Positions 10,289 to 20,414 of a stretch of DNA of 64,000 nucleotides are shown in pieces. The stretch is from Tagaea sp. Lineage in GTDB: Bacteria > Pseudomonadota > Alphaproteobacteria > CACIAM-22H2. Location: assembly GCA_965279525.1 (NCBI GenBank), contig CBDIIB010000005.1, positions 640,001 to 704,000 on the forward strand. The letters run 5' to 3'. The notes beneath the pieces are model-generated. The model was given only the letters and a program-made list of their open reading frames with translations. It made no database searches and was not told the DNA's origin. Each line of letters opens with the position of its first letter. Positions within the stretch are counted from its first letter, which is position 1. The position numbers and the translations under genes were made by a program.

Positions 10289-10846
10289 ATGGATAGCGAT
10301 TCGTGGCCCACCCTGATGGCGCGCGCCCAGCAAGGCGATGCGGCCGCCTACCGGCGGTTCCTGTCGGAATCGGCGGGCTTCCTGCGCATCATCGTGGCGC
10401 GTACTGGGATACCGAGCGACCAGGTCGAGGATGTCGTGCAGGAGACGCTGATCAGCGTCCACGCCATCCGCCATACCTACGACCCGGCCCGGCCGATCAA
10501 GCCGTGGCTTGCGGCCATTGCCCGGCGCCGGGCGATCGACTGGCGCCGCCGGCGCAACTCGGCCCGGGCACACGAAATCGCCCTCGACGAGGTCGGGCAC
10601 GAAACCTTTGCCGACCCGAACGCGAACAGGGACAAGGACAAGGCCGAAGCTTCGGCGGCGGTCCGCCGGTGGCTTGCCGAACTTCCCGCGGGCCAGCGCC
10701 AGGCGGTCGAGCTGCTGAAACTGCGGGAGATGAGCCTCAACGAAGCGGCCGCGGCCTCCGGCCAGTCGGTCGGGGCGCTGAAGGTGGCGACACATCGGGC
10801 AATGATCACGCTGCGCAAACTCTGGAAACGCGACGAACCGGCATGA
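10289..10846 (+). CDS. ECF RNA polymerase sigma factor (SigF-like)
   Basis: AQQGDAAAY, VEDVVQETLISVH, HTYDPARP, PWLAAIARRRAID, ALKVATHRA; start could lie upstream (10214). Confidence 0.9.
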   Translation: MDSDSWPTLMARAQQGDAAAYRRFLSESAGFLRIIVARTGIPSDQVEDVVQETLISVHAIRHTYDPARPIKPWLAAIARRRAIDWRRRRNSARAHEIALDEVGHETFADPNANRDKDKAEASAAVRRWLAELPAGQRQAVELLKLREMSLNEAAAASGQSVGALKVATHRAMITLRKLWKRDEPA

Positions 10847-11493
10847 ACAAGCGAACGGACAATCTGATCGGCGCGCTGAGCGAAGGGGTCGCCCCCGTCG
10901 CCGCGTTGCCCGCACCCGCGGCCCGCGCGGGGCGCTGGCTTGCTTTTGCCACCGTGCTGATCGGCGTTCTCGTGCTGTGGCACAGCCCGCGCGACGACCT
11001 TGCCGCACGCTTTGCCGAGATTTCGTTCTACGTGCCGTGGGCCGCCTCGGTCGCCGTCGCGATCGCCGCGGCCGTCGCCGCTTTCCACATGACAGTACCT
11101 GGCAGCCCGCGCTGGATCGTGGCCCTGCCCGCCCTGCCGCTGGCGGTGTGGCTGGGCATGCTGGGTACGGGCTGCGTGCGCGAGCTGGCCGACCAGGGGA
11201 CCTCCGTGCTCGGCACCAGCTATGGCTGCCTCCAGTTCATCGGGCTGACGAGCGTGCCGCTGGGAGCGGTCCTCGTTTGGATGCTGCGCCGGGCAGCGCC
11301 GCTGATGCCGGCAGGTACGCTCGCGATGGGCGCCCTTGCCGCCGCGTCGGCGGGCTCGGCCGGGCTCGAGCTTTTCCACCATCTCCAGACGTCGACCATG
11401 GTGCTGATCTGGCATCTCGGCACGGTCATGGCCGTCGCCCTGATCGGCCTTGCGACAGGCCGGCGTGCACTCGCCCTGCCGTCGGTCAACTGA
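10843..11493 (+). CDS. nrsF: NrsF-family (DUF1109) membrane anti-sigma factor
   Basis: ATGA overlap with the sigma; MNKRTDNLIGAL start, six hydrophobic segments, two Cys, LRRAAPL. Confidence 0.8.
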   Translation: MNKRTDNLIGALSEGVAPVAALPAPAARAGRWLAFATVLIGVLVLWHSPRDDLAARFAEISFYVPWAASVAVAIAAAVAAFHMTVPGSPRWIVALPALPLAVWLGMLGTGCVRELADQGTSVLGTSYGCLQFIGLTSVPLGAVLVWMLRRAAPLMPAGTLAMGALAAASAGSAGLELFHHLQTSTMVLIWHLGTVMAVALIGLATGRRALALPSVN

Positions 11494-11497
11494 CGGA

Positions 11498-12445
11498 TCA
11501 GCCGTCGGCCAACGCCCGCTTCAGATGTGACGCCGCGTCGGCCAGTGCCGAGCGGGCGACTTTCGCCGTCGCCGACAGATGGCAGAAGCCGTGATTGGCG
11601 CGCGGATATTCCGAATAGACCGTGTCGACGCCGGCGGCGAGCAGCACGTCGCGCATGCGCCGGCTGTCGTCGCGTAGCGGATCGAGGCCCGCCGCCAGCA
11701 GGAACGGCCTGCGCAAGGTCTTGAGATTGGCTTCCGGTGCGCGCGCCGGCGCCACCGAGAAGCTGGCCCGCTGGTTGACGTCCGGGCAGTAGAGATCCCA
11801 GTACATCCCCATGTTGGCGCGCGACAGGCCGAAACGACCGTCGCCGCGCATCAGATACGAGACCGTGTCGAGATTGGCGTCGAGCACGCCATAGAGCGAG
11901 GCGACCGCTTCGGGCACCGGCTTGCCGGCCGACGCGAGCGTCATCGCGGCCGCGACCGCGAGATTGGCACCGGCCGAATCGCCCGCGATCGCGAAACGTC
12001 GGGCGCCGAGCGATGCGGCGTTCGCCTGCAGCCAGTCCCACGCGTCGAGCGTGTCTTCCAGTGCCGCCGGATACGGATGCTCGGGCGCCTTGCGATAGGC
12101 GATACCGAGAACCCGCGCGCCCGACAGGTGGGCGAGCATGCGCGTCAGCCGGTCGTGCGTGGCAAGGCTGCCGATGACCCAGCCGCCGCCGTGCAGGAAC
12201 AGCACGAGACCGTCGCCGGCACCTTCGGGTACATAGAGGCGTGCGGCGAGCTTGCGCGCACCGAACGCGAGTTCAAGCTCGCGTGTCTCGGCCATGACCG
12301 GGCCGCCTTCGTTCCACGGGGCCCGCCGGCGCTCCTGTTCGGCGCGTGCGGCCGCCGGATTTCCGGGAAGATGGCTGGGGGCCGGCCCGAAGCGGCCGAG
12401 GTCGAGTGCTGCCGCCGCCGTGATTTCAGGATCGAGTTCGAGCAT
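11498..12445 (-). CDS. Alpha/beta hydrolase (HSL-family esterase)
   Basis: HGGGW oxyanion loop, GDSAGANL nucleophile, DPLRDD, HGF. Confidence 0.9.
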   Translation of the reverse strand: MLELDPEITAAAALDLGRFGPAPSHLPGNPAAARAEQERRRAPWNEGGPVMAETRELELAFGARKLAARLYVPEGAGDGLVLFLHGGGWVIGSLATHDRLTRMLAHLSGARVLGIAYRKAPEHPYPAALEDTLDAWDWLQANAASLGARRFAIAGDSAGANLAVAAAMTLASAGKPVPEAVASLYGVLDANLDTVSYLMRGDGRFGLSRANMGMYWDLYCPDVNQRASFSVAPARAPEANLKTLRRPFLLAAGLDPLRDDSRRMRDVLLAAGVDTVYSEYPRANHGFCHLSATAKVARSALADAASHLKRALADG

Positions 12446-12451
12446 CTTCGT

Positions 12452-13705
12452 CTACTCCGCTGCCTTGCGTGCCCGGCCTTCCGCCGCGCGATAGAGTTTG
12501 AGCGCTGCCGGCACGCCTTGGTTGGACGCGACCTTCGCACCATTGGCGAGCAGCGCGGATTCGAGGGCCGCCAGCGTGGTCAGCACGCAGTCCTTGCGCG
12601 CGTTGTAACCCATCGTGCCGATGCGCCAGATCTTTCCGTGCAGCGGGCCGAAGCTGGTGCCGATCTCGATACCGAAATCCTGCAGCAGGCCCATGCGCAC
12701 CGCATCGCCTGGCACGCCCTCGGGGATATGCACGCCCACGACGTTCGCCATCTTGTTTTTCCGGTCGCCGAAAAGCCTGAGGCCCATCGCGACAAGACCG
12801 TCGGCCAGCGCCTCACCAGCCAGCCGGTGGCGCGCGATCGCCGCATCGAGGCCCTCGTCGACCAGAATGCGCGCGCATTCGCGCGCCCCGTAGAGCATCG
12901 TCGTCGCCTCGGTGTGGTGGTTGAGACGCTTCTCGCTCCAGTAATCCATGATCATCGCGAGATCGAAATAGTTCGACCGGATGCGCGCGCCCGGCCCGCT
13001 CACGTCGGACGGCGAGGCGATCCCATGCTCGACATGGCGACGTCGGAAGATCGCCGCTTCGGCGCGTGGGCCGATCGTGATGGGGGCCGAACCCGACGGC
13101 CCGGCAAGGCACTTCTGCAGGCCCGACGTGACGATATCGAGCTGCCAGTCGTCGGTGCGCAGGTCGTTGCCGCCCAGCGAGGCCGTCGTGTCGACATAGA
13201 CCAGGGCGTCGTACTTTCGCGCGATCGGGCCGATCTCGGACAGCGGCTGCAGCATCGTCGTCGACGTGTCGCCCTGGCACAGTGCAACCAGTTTCGGCCG
13301 GTGCTGCCGGATCGCCGCCTCGACCTGGGCGGGATCGAAGACGGTCCCCCATTCGGTCTGGATCTCGACGACCTTGGCCTCGCAGCGGCGCGCGATCTCG
13401 GCCAGCAGATGTCCGAACCGGCCGAAGACCGGGACGAGCACCGTATCGCCCGGCTCGATCAGCGAGACGAGTGCCGCCTCGATGCCGCCGCGCGCGGTCG
13501 CGTCGACCAGCAGCGACCAGCGGTTCTTGGTCCGGAAGACCTGCCGGTAGAGCTCCATGGTCTCGCCCATCAGAGCGGTCATCGACGGGTCGAATTGCCC
13601 GACCAGCGGGGTCGACATGGCGCGCAGCACGCGCGGATCGGCGTTGATCGGGCCGGGCCCCATCAGCAGGCGGGCGGGCGGATTTAGGTCGGCGGTCGCA
13701 GGCAT
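12452..13705 (-). CDS. Class V PLP aminotransferase, PucG-like (ureidoglycine/alanine-glyoxylate)
   Basis: LLMGPGP, QGDTSTT, SGLQKCL PLP lysine, RLNHHTEAT, WRIGTMGYNAR. Confidence 0.85.
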   Translation of the reverse strand: MPATADLNPPARLLMGPGPINADPRVLRAMSTPLVGQFDPSMTALMGETMELYRQVFRTKNRWSLLVDATARGGIEAALVSLIEPGDTVLVPVFGRFGHLLAEIARRCEAKVVEIQTEWGTVFDPAQVEAAIRQHRPKLVALCQGDTSTTMLQPLSEIGPIARKYDALVYVDTTASLGGNDLRTDDWQLDIVTSGLQKCLAGPSGSAPITIGPRAEAAIFRRRHVEHGIASPSDVSGPGARIRSNYFDLAMIMDYWSEKRLNHHTEATTMLYGARECARILVDEGLDAAIARHRLAGEALADGLVAMGLRLFGDRKNKMANVVGVHIPEGVPGDAVRMGLLQDFGIEIGTSFGPLHGKIWRIGTMGYNARKDCVLTTLAALESALLANGAKVASNQGVPAALKLYRAAEGRARKAAE

Positions 13706-13841
13706 CGTCGGCACCCGGGCACGTAAGTTGGATTTCCGAGGGTTTTCCCGCGAAAAAGGCGGCCGCGCAAGGGCCGAGGCCTTTTGCCTGCCGCCGCCGC
13801 CCATGCTAACTGTCGGCCACGCCAACTCGAACGGGAACAGC

Positions 13842-15116
13842 ATGCTCGACCGCAATTTCGTCCTCGCCAATGCCGACGCCGTCGCCGCCAACTGCCGCAA
13901 TCGCGGCGTGGAGGTGGACGTCGCCCGGTTCGTCGAACTGGAGACCGAGCGTCGCCGGACCGACCAGGCCCTGCAGGATGCCCAGCGCGATTCGAACGCC
14001 CTGGCGTCGGCCAAGGACCTGTCGGTCGAGCAGAAGCGCGAGAAGGGCCGCGAGCTGCGCGAACGGCGCGAGAAGCTGAAGGCCGAACTCGACAAGGTGC
14101 AGGAAGAGGCCGACACCCTGCTGCTGCGCCTGCCCAACATGACGCACCCGGAGTCCCCGATCGGGCGCGACGACAAGGACAACAAGGAAATCGACCGCAA
14201 CGGCGTGCCGCATCCGAAGTTCGGGTTCGCCGCGCGCGACCACGTGGCGATCGGCGACCATCTCGGCATCATCGACACCGAGGGCGGCAGCAAGGTCGCC
14301 GGCCCCGGTTTCTATTTCCTGAAGGGCGATGGGGCGCGGCTCGAGTTCGCGTTGCAGAACTTCGTGGTCGAGTTCCTCGCCAGGCGCGGCTACGTGCCGC
14401 ACGTCACGCCCGATCTCGCGCGCGATTCGATCATGCAGGGAACGGGCTTCACGCCGCGCGGCAACGAGACGAACACCTACCGGATCGAGGGCGAGGACCT
14501 GTCGCTGATCGCGACCTCCGAGATCACGCTGTGCGGCCTCTACCAGGACACGATCCTCGACGAGGCCGAGCTGCCGATCCGCATCGCCGGCATCTCCCAC
14601 TGCTTCCGCACAGAGCGCGCGGCCGGCCGCGCCACGCGCGGACTCTACCGCGTGCACCAGTTCACGAAGGTCGAGATGGTCGTCATCGCCACGCCCGAAC
14701 ACTCCGAGGCGATGCACAAGGAGCTTCTCGCCAACGAGCGCGCGATCTTCGATGCGCTCGAGCTGCCCTACCGCGTGCTCGATATCTGCACGGGCGATCT
14801 GGGCGGGGCGGCCTACCGCAAGTACGACCTGGAAGCCTGGATGCCGGGCCGTGGCGATGGCGGCGAGTTCGGCGAGGTGACAAGCACCTCGAACTGCACC
14901 GAGTTCCAGGCGCGCCGGCTCAACATCCGCTTCCGCAAGGGGCCGAAGGAGAAGCCGCTCTACGTCCATACGCTCAACGGCACGGGCATCGCACTCGGCC
15001 GCGCGATGGTCGCCATCCTCGAGAACAACCAGCTCGAAGACGGTAGCGTGCGCCTGCCCAAGGTCCTGCAGCCCTTCATGGGCCAGGACCGCATCGTGCC
15101 GCGCGCGAAGAGCTGA
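13842..15116 (+). CDS. serS: Serine--tRNA ligase
   Basis: MLD start with coiled-coil arm, LPNMTHP, ATSE, CFRTE...GLYRVHQFTKVEM, KYDLEAWMP, EVTSTSNCT, HTLNGTG. Confidence 0.93.
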   Translation: MLDRNFVLANADAVAANCRNRGVEVDVARFVELETERRRTDQALQDAQRDSNALASAKDLSVEQKREKGRELRERREKLKAELDKVQEEADTLLLRLPNMTHPESPIGRDDKDNKEIDRNGVPHPKFGFAARDHVAIGDHLGIIDTEGGSKVAGPGFYFLKGDGARLEFALQNFVVEFLARRGYVPHVTPDLARDSIMQGTGFTPRGNETNTYRIEGEDLSLIATSEITLCGLYQDTILDEAELPIRIAGISHCFRTERAAGRATRGLYRVHQFTKVEMVVIATPEHSEAMHKELLANERAIFDALELPYRVLDICTGDLGGAAYRKYDLEAWMPGRGDGGEFGEVTSTSNCTEFQARRLNIRFRKGPKEKPLYVHTLNGTGIALGRAMVAILENNQLEDGSVRLPKVLQPFMGQDRIVPRAKS

Positions 15117-15184
15117 CCGGCAGGGACAATTTGCCGCTGCCCGCATTGTCCGGAGATGCCGGCCGGAAGTGCTAGGCTTGGAGC

Positions 15185-16954
15185 ATGGAAGTTCCGATAG
15201 AACCGGGCGTTCTTCAGAACGCCACGCGCCACCTCTTTTTTACCGGCAAGGGCGGGGTCGGAAAGACCGCGCTGTCCTGCGCCTGCGCGATCGCGCTTGC
15301 CGACCGAGGGCGCCGCGTGCTGCTCGTCTCGACCGACCCCGCGTCCAACCTCTCGGAGATGCTCGAGACGGCGCTCGACGATACGCCCCGTGCGGTTCCC
15401 GGCGTGACGGGGCTTTCGGCGATGAACATCGATCCCGAGGCGGCGGCCGAGGACTATCGCCGACGCGTTCTTGCGCCCTATGAAGGACGCGCCAGCGCCG
15501 ACGAGATCGCGCGGATGCGCGAAGAACTGTCCGGCTCCTGCACTGTCGAGATCGCGGCCTTCGATGCGTTCGCGGGCCTGATCGGCGATGCGGACGAGTA
15601 TGCCGAGTTCGACCATATCGTGTTCGACACGGCGCCGACCGGCCACACGCTGCGCCTGCTGAGCTTGCCGCGCAGCTGGTCGGGTTTCCTCGAGCACAAC
15701 GATCGGGGCGCATCGTGTCTCGGACCGCATTCGGGCCTGAAGCTGCGGCAGTCACGATTCGAAGCCGCACTCGCCGGCCTCAGCGACGCTCGCGCGACGA
15801 CCATCGTGCTGGTCGCCCGCCCGGAAGTCTCGGCGCTGCGCGAAGCGGCACGCAGCGCCGACGAGCTGCGCGCACTGGGGCTTGGCAATCAGCGCCTCGT
15901 CGTCAACGCCCGGTTCCGTGCGTCGGTCGCCGGCGATGCGGTCGCAGACGCGCTGGAGAAGAGATCTGACGCGGCCCTAGCCGGAATGCCTGCGGGGATC
16001 GCGAGCTGCCCGCGCGACGAAATCCCGTTGCGTGCGTTCAACATGGTCGGCCTTGCCGCGCTCCGCGGCCTGTTCGACCCGTCCAAGGGACCGGCACCCG
16101 AGCCTGCCGCGAGCGCGCCCGCGAATGCCCTGCCGCGGCTCGCCGAGCTGATCGACAGACTTGCCGAACCGGGCAAGGGCCTTGTCATGGTGATGGGCAA
16201 GGGTGGCGTGGGCAAGACGACAATCGCGGCAGCCATAGCTCTCGCACTCGCCGAACGCGGCCACAAAGTCCATCTCAGTACGACCGATCCCGCAGCCCAT
16301 GTCGCCGATGCGATCGGGAGCGGCGTGGCAGGCCTCTCGGTCGGTCGGATCGATCCAAAGGCGGAGACCGAACGCTATGTCGAGAAGGTCCTGGCAACAC
16401 GCGGCCGCGATCTCGATGCCGACGGACGTGCCCTGCTTCGCGAGGACCTCCGCTCGCCCTGCACCGAGGAAGTTGCCGTCTTCCACGCCTTTTCGCGAGT
16501 CGTCGCGGAGGCCCGCGACGAGTTCGTCGTCCTCGATACGGCGCCTACCGGCCACACGCTTCTCCTGATGGACGCGACTGGCGCCTATCACCGGCAGATG
16601 GTGCAGGGGACTGCCGGTTCGGCCGGCAAGCTGACCACCCCTTTGATGCGCCTGCAGGATGCCGGATACACGCGGGTCCTCCTCGTCACCCTGCCGGAAA
16701 CGACGCCGGTCTCGGAAGCCGCCGGGCTGCAGGAAGACCTGCGACGCGCGCACATCGAGCCGTTCGCTTGGATCGTCAACAACTGCCTTGCCGCGACGGG
16801 AAGCGCCGATCCGCTGCTGCGTGCGCGGATCGACCGGGAACTCGCGCAGATCGCCCGCGTGGCCGACGGACTCGCCACGCGAATGGCGATCGTTCCATGG
16901 GCGGTCGAGCCGCCCGTCGGCCCCGAAAGATTGCGCGTGCTGGCCGAGAGTTGA
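15185..16954 (+). CDS. arsA: Arsenical pump-driving ATPase
   Basis: Two GKGGVGKT, two DTAPTGHT, two STDPA-type motifs; metalloid Cys in SGSCTVE, ASCLGP, SPCTEE. Confidence 0.92.
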   Translation: MEVPIEPGVLQNATRHLFFTGKGGVGKTALSCACAIALADRGRRVLLVSTDPASNLSEMLETALDDTPRAVPGVTGLSAMNIDPEAAAEDYRRRVLAPYEGRASADEIARMREELSGSCTVEIAAFDAFAGLIGDADEYAEFDHIVFDTAPTGHTLRLLSLPRSWSGFLEHNDRGASCLGPHSGLKLRQSRFEAALAGLSDARATTIVLVARPEVSALREAARSADELRALGLGNQRLVVNARFRASVAGDAVADALEKRSDAALAGMPAGIASCPRDEIPLRAFNMVGLAALRGLFDPSKGPAPEPAASAPANALPRLAELIDRLAEPGKGLVMVMGKGGVGKTTIAAAIALALAERGHKVHLSTTDPAAHVADAIGSGVAGLSVGRIDPKAETERYVEKVLATRGRDLDADGRALLREDLRSPCTEEVAVFHAFSRVVAEARDEFVVLDTAPTGHTLLLMDATGAYHRQMVQGTAGSAGKLTTPLMRLQDAGYTRVLLVTLPETTPVSEAAGLQEDLRRAHIEPFAWIVNNCLAATGSADPLLRARIDRELAQIARVADGLATRMAIVPWAVEPPVGPERLRVLAES

Positions 16955-17017
16955 TCGAACTTGGCCTTGCGTCTGCCGGCGGACGGACGACAATGGTGCA
17001 GGATTGAGGGAGTCGGC

Positions 17018-17638
17018 ATGACAGGTTCCGTCAGGAATATCGGACGCCTGCGCGAATTCGTGGTCGCGGTGACCGCCGCGATAGGGCCGCACGGAATCGA
17101 CGAGACGGCGGCGCACGCGAAGCTGGGCCCGCTGCTGCGCGATCTCGTGGCACACGACGACTGGCTGCCGGCCGAATTCGCCGAACCGCATCCGGAGCAT
17201 TACCGGCAATACCTCCTCCACTGCGACCCGGCGGAGCGCTTTTCGGTCGTCAGCTTCGTTTGGGGACCGGGCCAGGCGACGCCGATCCACGACCATACCG
17301 TCTGGGGGCTGATCGGCATCCTGCGCGGTGCCGAACGCTGCCGGTTCTTCGAGCGCGCCGGGGACGGCCATCTCGAGCCGCTGGGCGAGGAACGGCTTGA
17401 AGCCGGACAGATCAGCACGCTCGGGCCGCTGGGCGGCGACATTCACGAAGTCGCCAACGCGCATGCGAATCGCGTTTCGGTCGCGATCCATGTCTATGGC
17501 GGCAATATCGGGGCGGTCGCCCGGCACGTCTACGATCCGGCGACGGGTGCGGCGAAGGACTTCGTGTCCGGCTACGCCTCGCCGCTCGTGCCCAATCTGT
17601 GGGACCGGTCGATGGAAGTCCGCGCCGGCCTCGGCTGA
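17018..17638 (+). CDS. Cysteine dioxygenase-family cupin (thiol dioxygenase)
   Basis: YRQYLLHCD, FVWGPGQATPIHDHTVWG, DIHEV, IHVYG. Confidence 0.85.
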   Translation: MTGSVRNIGRLREFVVAVTAAIGPHGIDETAAHAKLGPLLRDLVAHDDWLPAEFAEPHPEHYRQYLLHCDPAERFSVVSFVWGPGQATPIHDHTVWGLIGILRGAERCRFFERAGDGHLEPLGEERLEAGQISTLGPLGGDIHEVANAHANRVSVAIHVYGGNIGAVARHVYDPATGAAKDFVSGYASPLVPNLWDRSMEVRAGLG

Positions 17639-17877
17639 GCGCGGCTCGCGGAAAGATGCGAAAGCCCGACGGCGCTCGGCAGGATGCGGACCTTGCCGTC
17701 CGGGCCGACGCGCCTTGCGACAAAGCCGCGCTCGACGGACTCCTCCCACACCGGTAGCCGCGGGCACGAAGTACGCCATGCGGCCATCGTCCCGGCATAG
17801 TCGCGCGGGGCTTCGGCCAGCCACTCGATGAAATCGAGGATCAGCGCCTCGACGGGGTCGGACTGCGTCCCGCTCAC
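17572..17877 (-). CDS. Small hypothetical protein (WRTSCPRLPVWE motif)
   Basis: GTGA overlap with the TauE-like gene; plausible small helical domain; tail overlaps the dioxygenase 3' end. Confidence 0.6.
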   Translation of the reverse strand: MSGTQSDPVEALILDFIEWLAEAPRDYAGTMAAWRTSCPRLPVWEESVERGFVARRVGPDGKVRILPSAVGLSHLSASRAQPRPARTSIDRSHRLGTSGEA

Positions 17878-18620
17878 GATCCGAACACCATCAGACGCAG
17901 GCCGTTGAGCACATAGAAGGCGGCGATGGTGTTGATGATGCGGTACGACCAGCGCCGGTAGAACGCGTCGCCCATCCGCTCAAGTGGTCCGCGGGCAAGC
18001 AGGGTGCCGAGTGCGGCGGCCGCGACCGCGCCGACGGCGGTGTACGGGTCGAGTGTGCCGGTCACGTCGACGATGGCCCCGAAATAGAGCAACTTCACGC
18101 CGTGGCTGAAGGTCTGGCAGATCGCCTTGGTGGCGACGATCTTGCGTCGGTCGAGGCCGCCACCGAGGAAGAACGTATCGAGGAACGGGCCGGAGACACC
18201 GGTCGTCAGCATCAGCGCCATGCAGATGGCACCGACCGCCACCGTGTCCTTCCGTCGCGACGGATCGGGCCGCAGGCTCTCGGGAATGAGCTTCAGCGAA
18301 AACGGGATGAGGCCGAGCATCAGCATCGCGAGGGCCGGCGGCGGAACCCAGCGCCAGATCGACCACACGCCGAGGATCGCGAACGCGCCGATCATGTAGA
18401 CGCTGGCGATCCTGAAATCGGCATGGCGGATCCACAAGGCGCCGCGCCAGCCGTTCGAGGCTATCTGCGTGACCGCGTGCAGCGCCATCGCCGCCGGGAC
18501 GGGCAGCATCGACAGCAGCACGCCGATCAGGATCATGCCACCCGCCATGCCGAACAGGCCCGACAGGAACGACGTGGCGACGATCACGGCGCAAACAAAC
18601 GCTATTTCCAGGCCGCTCAT
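17874..18620 (-). CDS. Sulfite exporter TauE/SafE family membrane protein
   Basis: SFLSGLFGMAGG, LHAVTQIASNG, GVSGP, IVATKA; about 8 TM. Confidence 0.8.
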   Translation of the reverse strand: MSGLEIAFVCAVIVATSFLSGLFGMAGGMILIGVLLSMLPVPAAMALHAVTQIASNGWRGALWIRHADFRIASVYMIGAFAILGVWSIWRWVPPPALAMLMLGLIPFSLKLIPESLRPDPSRRKDTVAVGAICMALMLTTGVSGPFLDTFFLGGGLDRRKIVATKAICQTFSHGVKLLYFGAIVDVTGTLDPYTAVGAVAAAALGTLLARGPLERMGDAFYRRWSYRIINTIAAFYVLNGLRLMVFGS

Positions 18621-18729
18621 CGTTTCGCCTTCGCTTCCGGCAATTCCCGTCCGTCAATTCTTGCGCCGGTTGCGCGCCGACCGCAAACCGAGATAGCTTT
18701 GCCTTACCGATAGATTAACTGAGGGTACG

Positions 18730-19638
18730 ATGCGCCGGCTCCCCTTCCTCAACGGCGTGCGCGCGTTCGAGGCGGCCGCCCGTCTGGGCGGCTTCGCGGC
18801 AGCGGCGACCGAACTGGGCGTCACGGCAGCGGCCGTCAGCCGGCTCGTGCGGCTTCTCGAACTGCGCATGGGCGTGACGCTGTTCGAACGCTCGGCAAAC
18901 CGGCTGGCGCTGTCGTCGGCCGGGCGCACCTATCGCGACGGGCTTGGTCCGATCCTCGACCGCCTTGCCGATCTGACCGCACAGGTCGCGGCACGCGGCG
19001 ACACGCGCACGCTGACCGTCGGCGTCGGCTCGACATTCGCGATCCGCTGGCTGATCCCGCGGCTTGCGAACTTCCGCAAGATCGCGCCGGACATCGAGGT
19101 GCGGCTGGCGACCGGCGGCTTCACGGTGCCGTACCGCGACGACTGGACCTGCGGCATCAGCCTTGGAACGGGCGAGCGCACCGGCTTCGTCGCCGAGAAG
19201 CTGTTCGACGCGGACCTGCTGCCGGTCTGCGCGAAGAGCTTCTCGCCGCGACCGCGCACGCCCGCCGATCTTTCGCCCAAGACCCTGCTGCGCATCGCGC
19301 AGGCGCCCGAGGACTGGCCGCACTGGCTGGAAGCGGCCGGCGCACCGCGCGTGCGCGCCACCGGGCCGATGTTCGACAATTACGGGCTGGCGATCCAGGC
19401 GGCGTGCGACGGCGTGGGCATCGCAGTCGGCATCCGGCCTTATGTGGACGACGAGATCCGGGCCGGGCGGCTGGTCGCTCCGTTCCCGCTGACCGTGCCG
19501 ATGGGGCGCAGCTGGTATCTCTATTATCCGCCGGGGCGCGAGCGAGAGGCGTCGTTCGCGACGTTCGCCCAGTGGCTGATCGAGGCGGCCAAGGGATCGG
19601 CCGGACAGCACCGGCACAAACGCCGTACGCGGCGCTAG
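18730..19638 (+). CDS. LysR-family regulator (GcvA-like)
   Basis: [15 protein letters not shown]...[13 protein letters not shown]; WLIPRL; divergent from the TauE-like gene. Confidence 0.92.
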   Translation: MRRLPFLNGVRAFEAAARLGGFAAAATELGVTAAAVSRLVRLLELRMGVTLFERSANRLALSSAGRTYRDGLGPILDRLADLTAQVAARGDTRTLTVGVGSTFAIRWLIPRLANFRKIAPDIEVRLATGGFTVPYRDDWTCGISLGTGERTGFVAEKLFDADLLPVCAKSFSPRPRTPADLSPKTLLRIAQAPEDWPHWLEAAGAPRVRATGPMFDNYGLAIQAACDGVGIAVGIRPYVDDEIRAGRLVAPFPLTVPMGRSWYLYYPPGREREASFATFAQWLIEAAKGSAGQHRHKRRTRR

Positions 19639-20405
19639 CGGGCGAGATAGGCCCTCGCCCACCCGAGCCCGGCCGACGTGTCGCCGCGTGGCCGGTATTC
19701 GCACCCGATCCAGCCCGCATAGCCGAGCCGGTCGAGCAGGTCGAACAGATAGGGATAGTTGAGTTCGCCCTCGTCCGGCTCATGCCGGTCGGGAACGCCC
19801 GCGATCTGCATGTGCGACACGCCCGGCAGGAAGTTCTCGATCTTGCGCGCGACGTCGCCTTCGACGATCTGGCAATGGTAGAGATCCATCTGCACGCCGA
19901 GATTGACCGCCCCTACGGCTTTGCAGATCGAGTGTGCTTCGTCCTGCCGGTTGAGGAAGTAGCCCGGGATGTCCCGCGTGTTGATCGGCTCGATCGTCAG
20001 CGCCCGGCGGCGATCGGAAGCGAGGACGGCTGCTTTGCGCAGATTGGCCATGTAGGTGGCGAAGTCGGCTCCGTCCCCGACCCGGCCGGCCATCGCATGG
20101 ACACGCGGACAGTCTAGGATCTCGGCATAGTCGAGGGCCCGCGCGAGAGCGGTCTCGAAATCCTTCTCGCGCCCGGCAAGGGCGGCAAGCCCCCGTTCGC
20201 CGCGCGCCCAGTCGCCCGGCGGCAGGTTGAACAGCACGATACGCACGCCGGCCTTTCGCGCGGCGACGGCCACTGTTTCGGCGGCGAACTCGTAGGGAAA
20301 GAGGAATTCCACACCGTGGAAGCCGTCGGCCGCGGCGGCGGCGAACCGGTCGAGGAACGGCCGGTCCTGGTAGAGGAACGAGAGGTTTGCGGCGAATTTC
20401 GGCAT
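19635..20405 (-). CDS. Hydroxypyruvate/2-oxo-tetronate isomerase (Hyi/OtnI family)
   Basis: [41 protein letters not shown]. Confidence 0.9.
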   Translation of the reverse strand: MPKFAANLSFLYQDRPFLDRFAAAAADGFHGVEFLFPYEFAAETVAVAARKAGVRIVLFNLPPGDWARGERGLAALAGREKDFETALARALDYAEILDCPRVHAMAGRVGDGADFATYMANLRKAAVLASDRRRALTIEPINTRDIPGYFLNRQDEAHSICKAVGAVNLGVQMDLYHCQIVEGDVARKIENFLPGVSHMQIAGVPDRHEPDEGELNYPYLFDLLDRLGYAGWIGCEYRPRGDTSAGLGWARAYLAR

Positions 20406-20414
20406 CGCCGATTT

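Noticed and set aside
13754-13785. AAAAGGC...GCCTTTT hairpin upstream of serS as a T-box or attenuator
   Set aside because: No T-box consensus and the leader is too short
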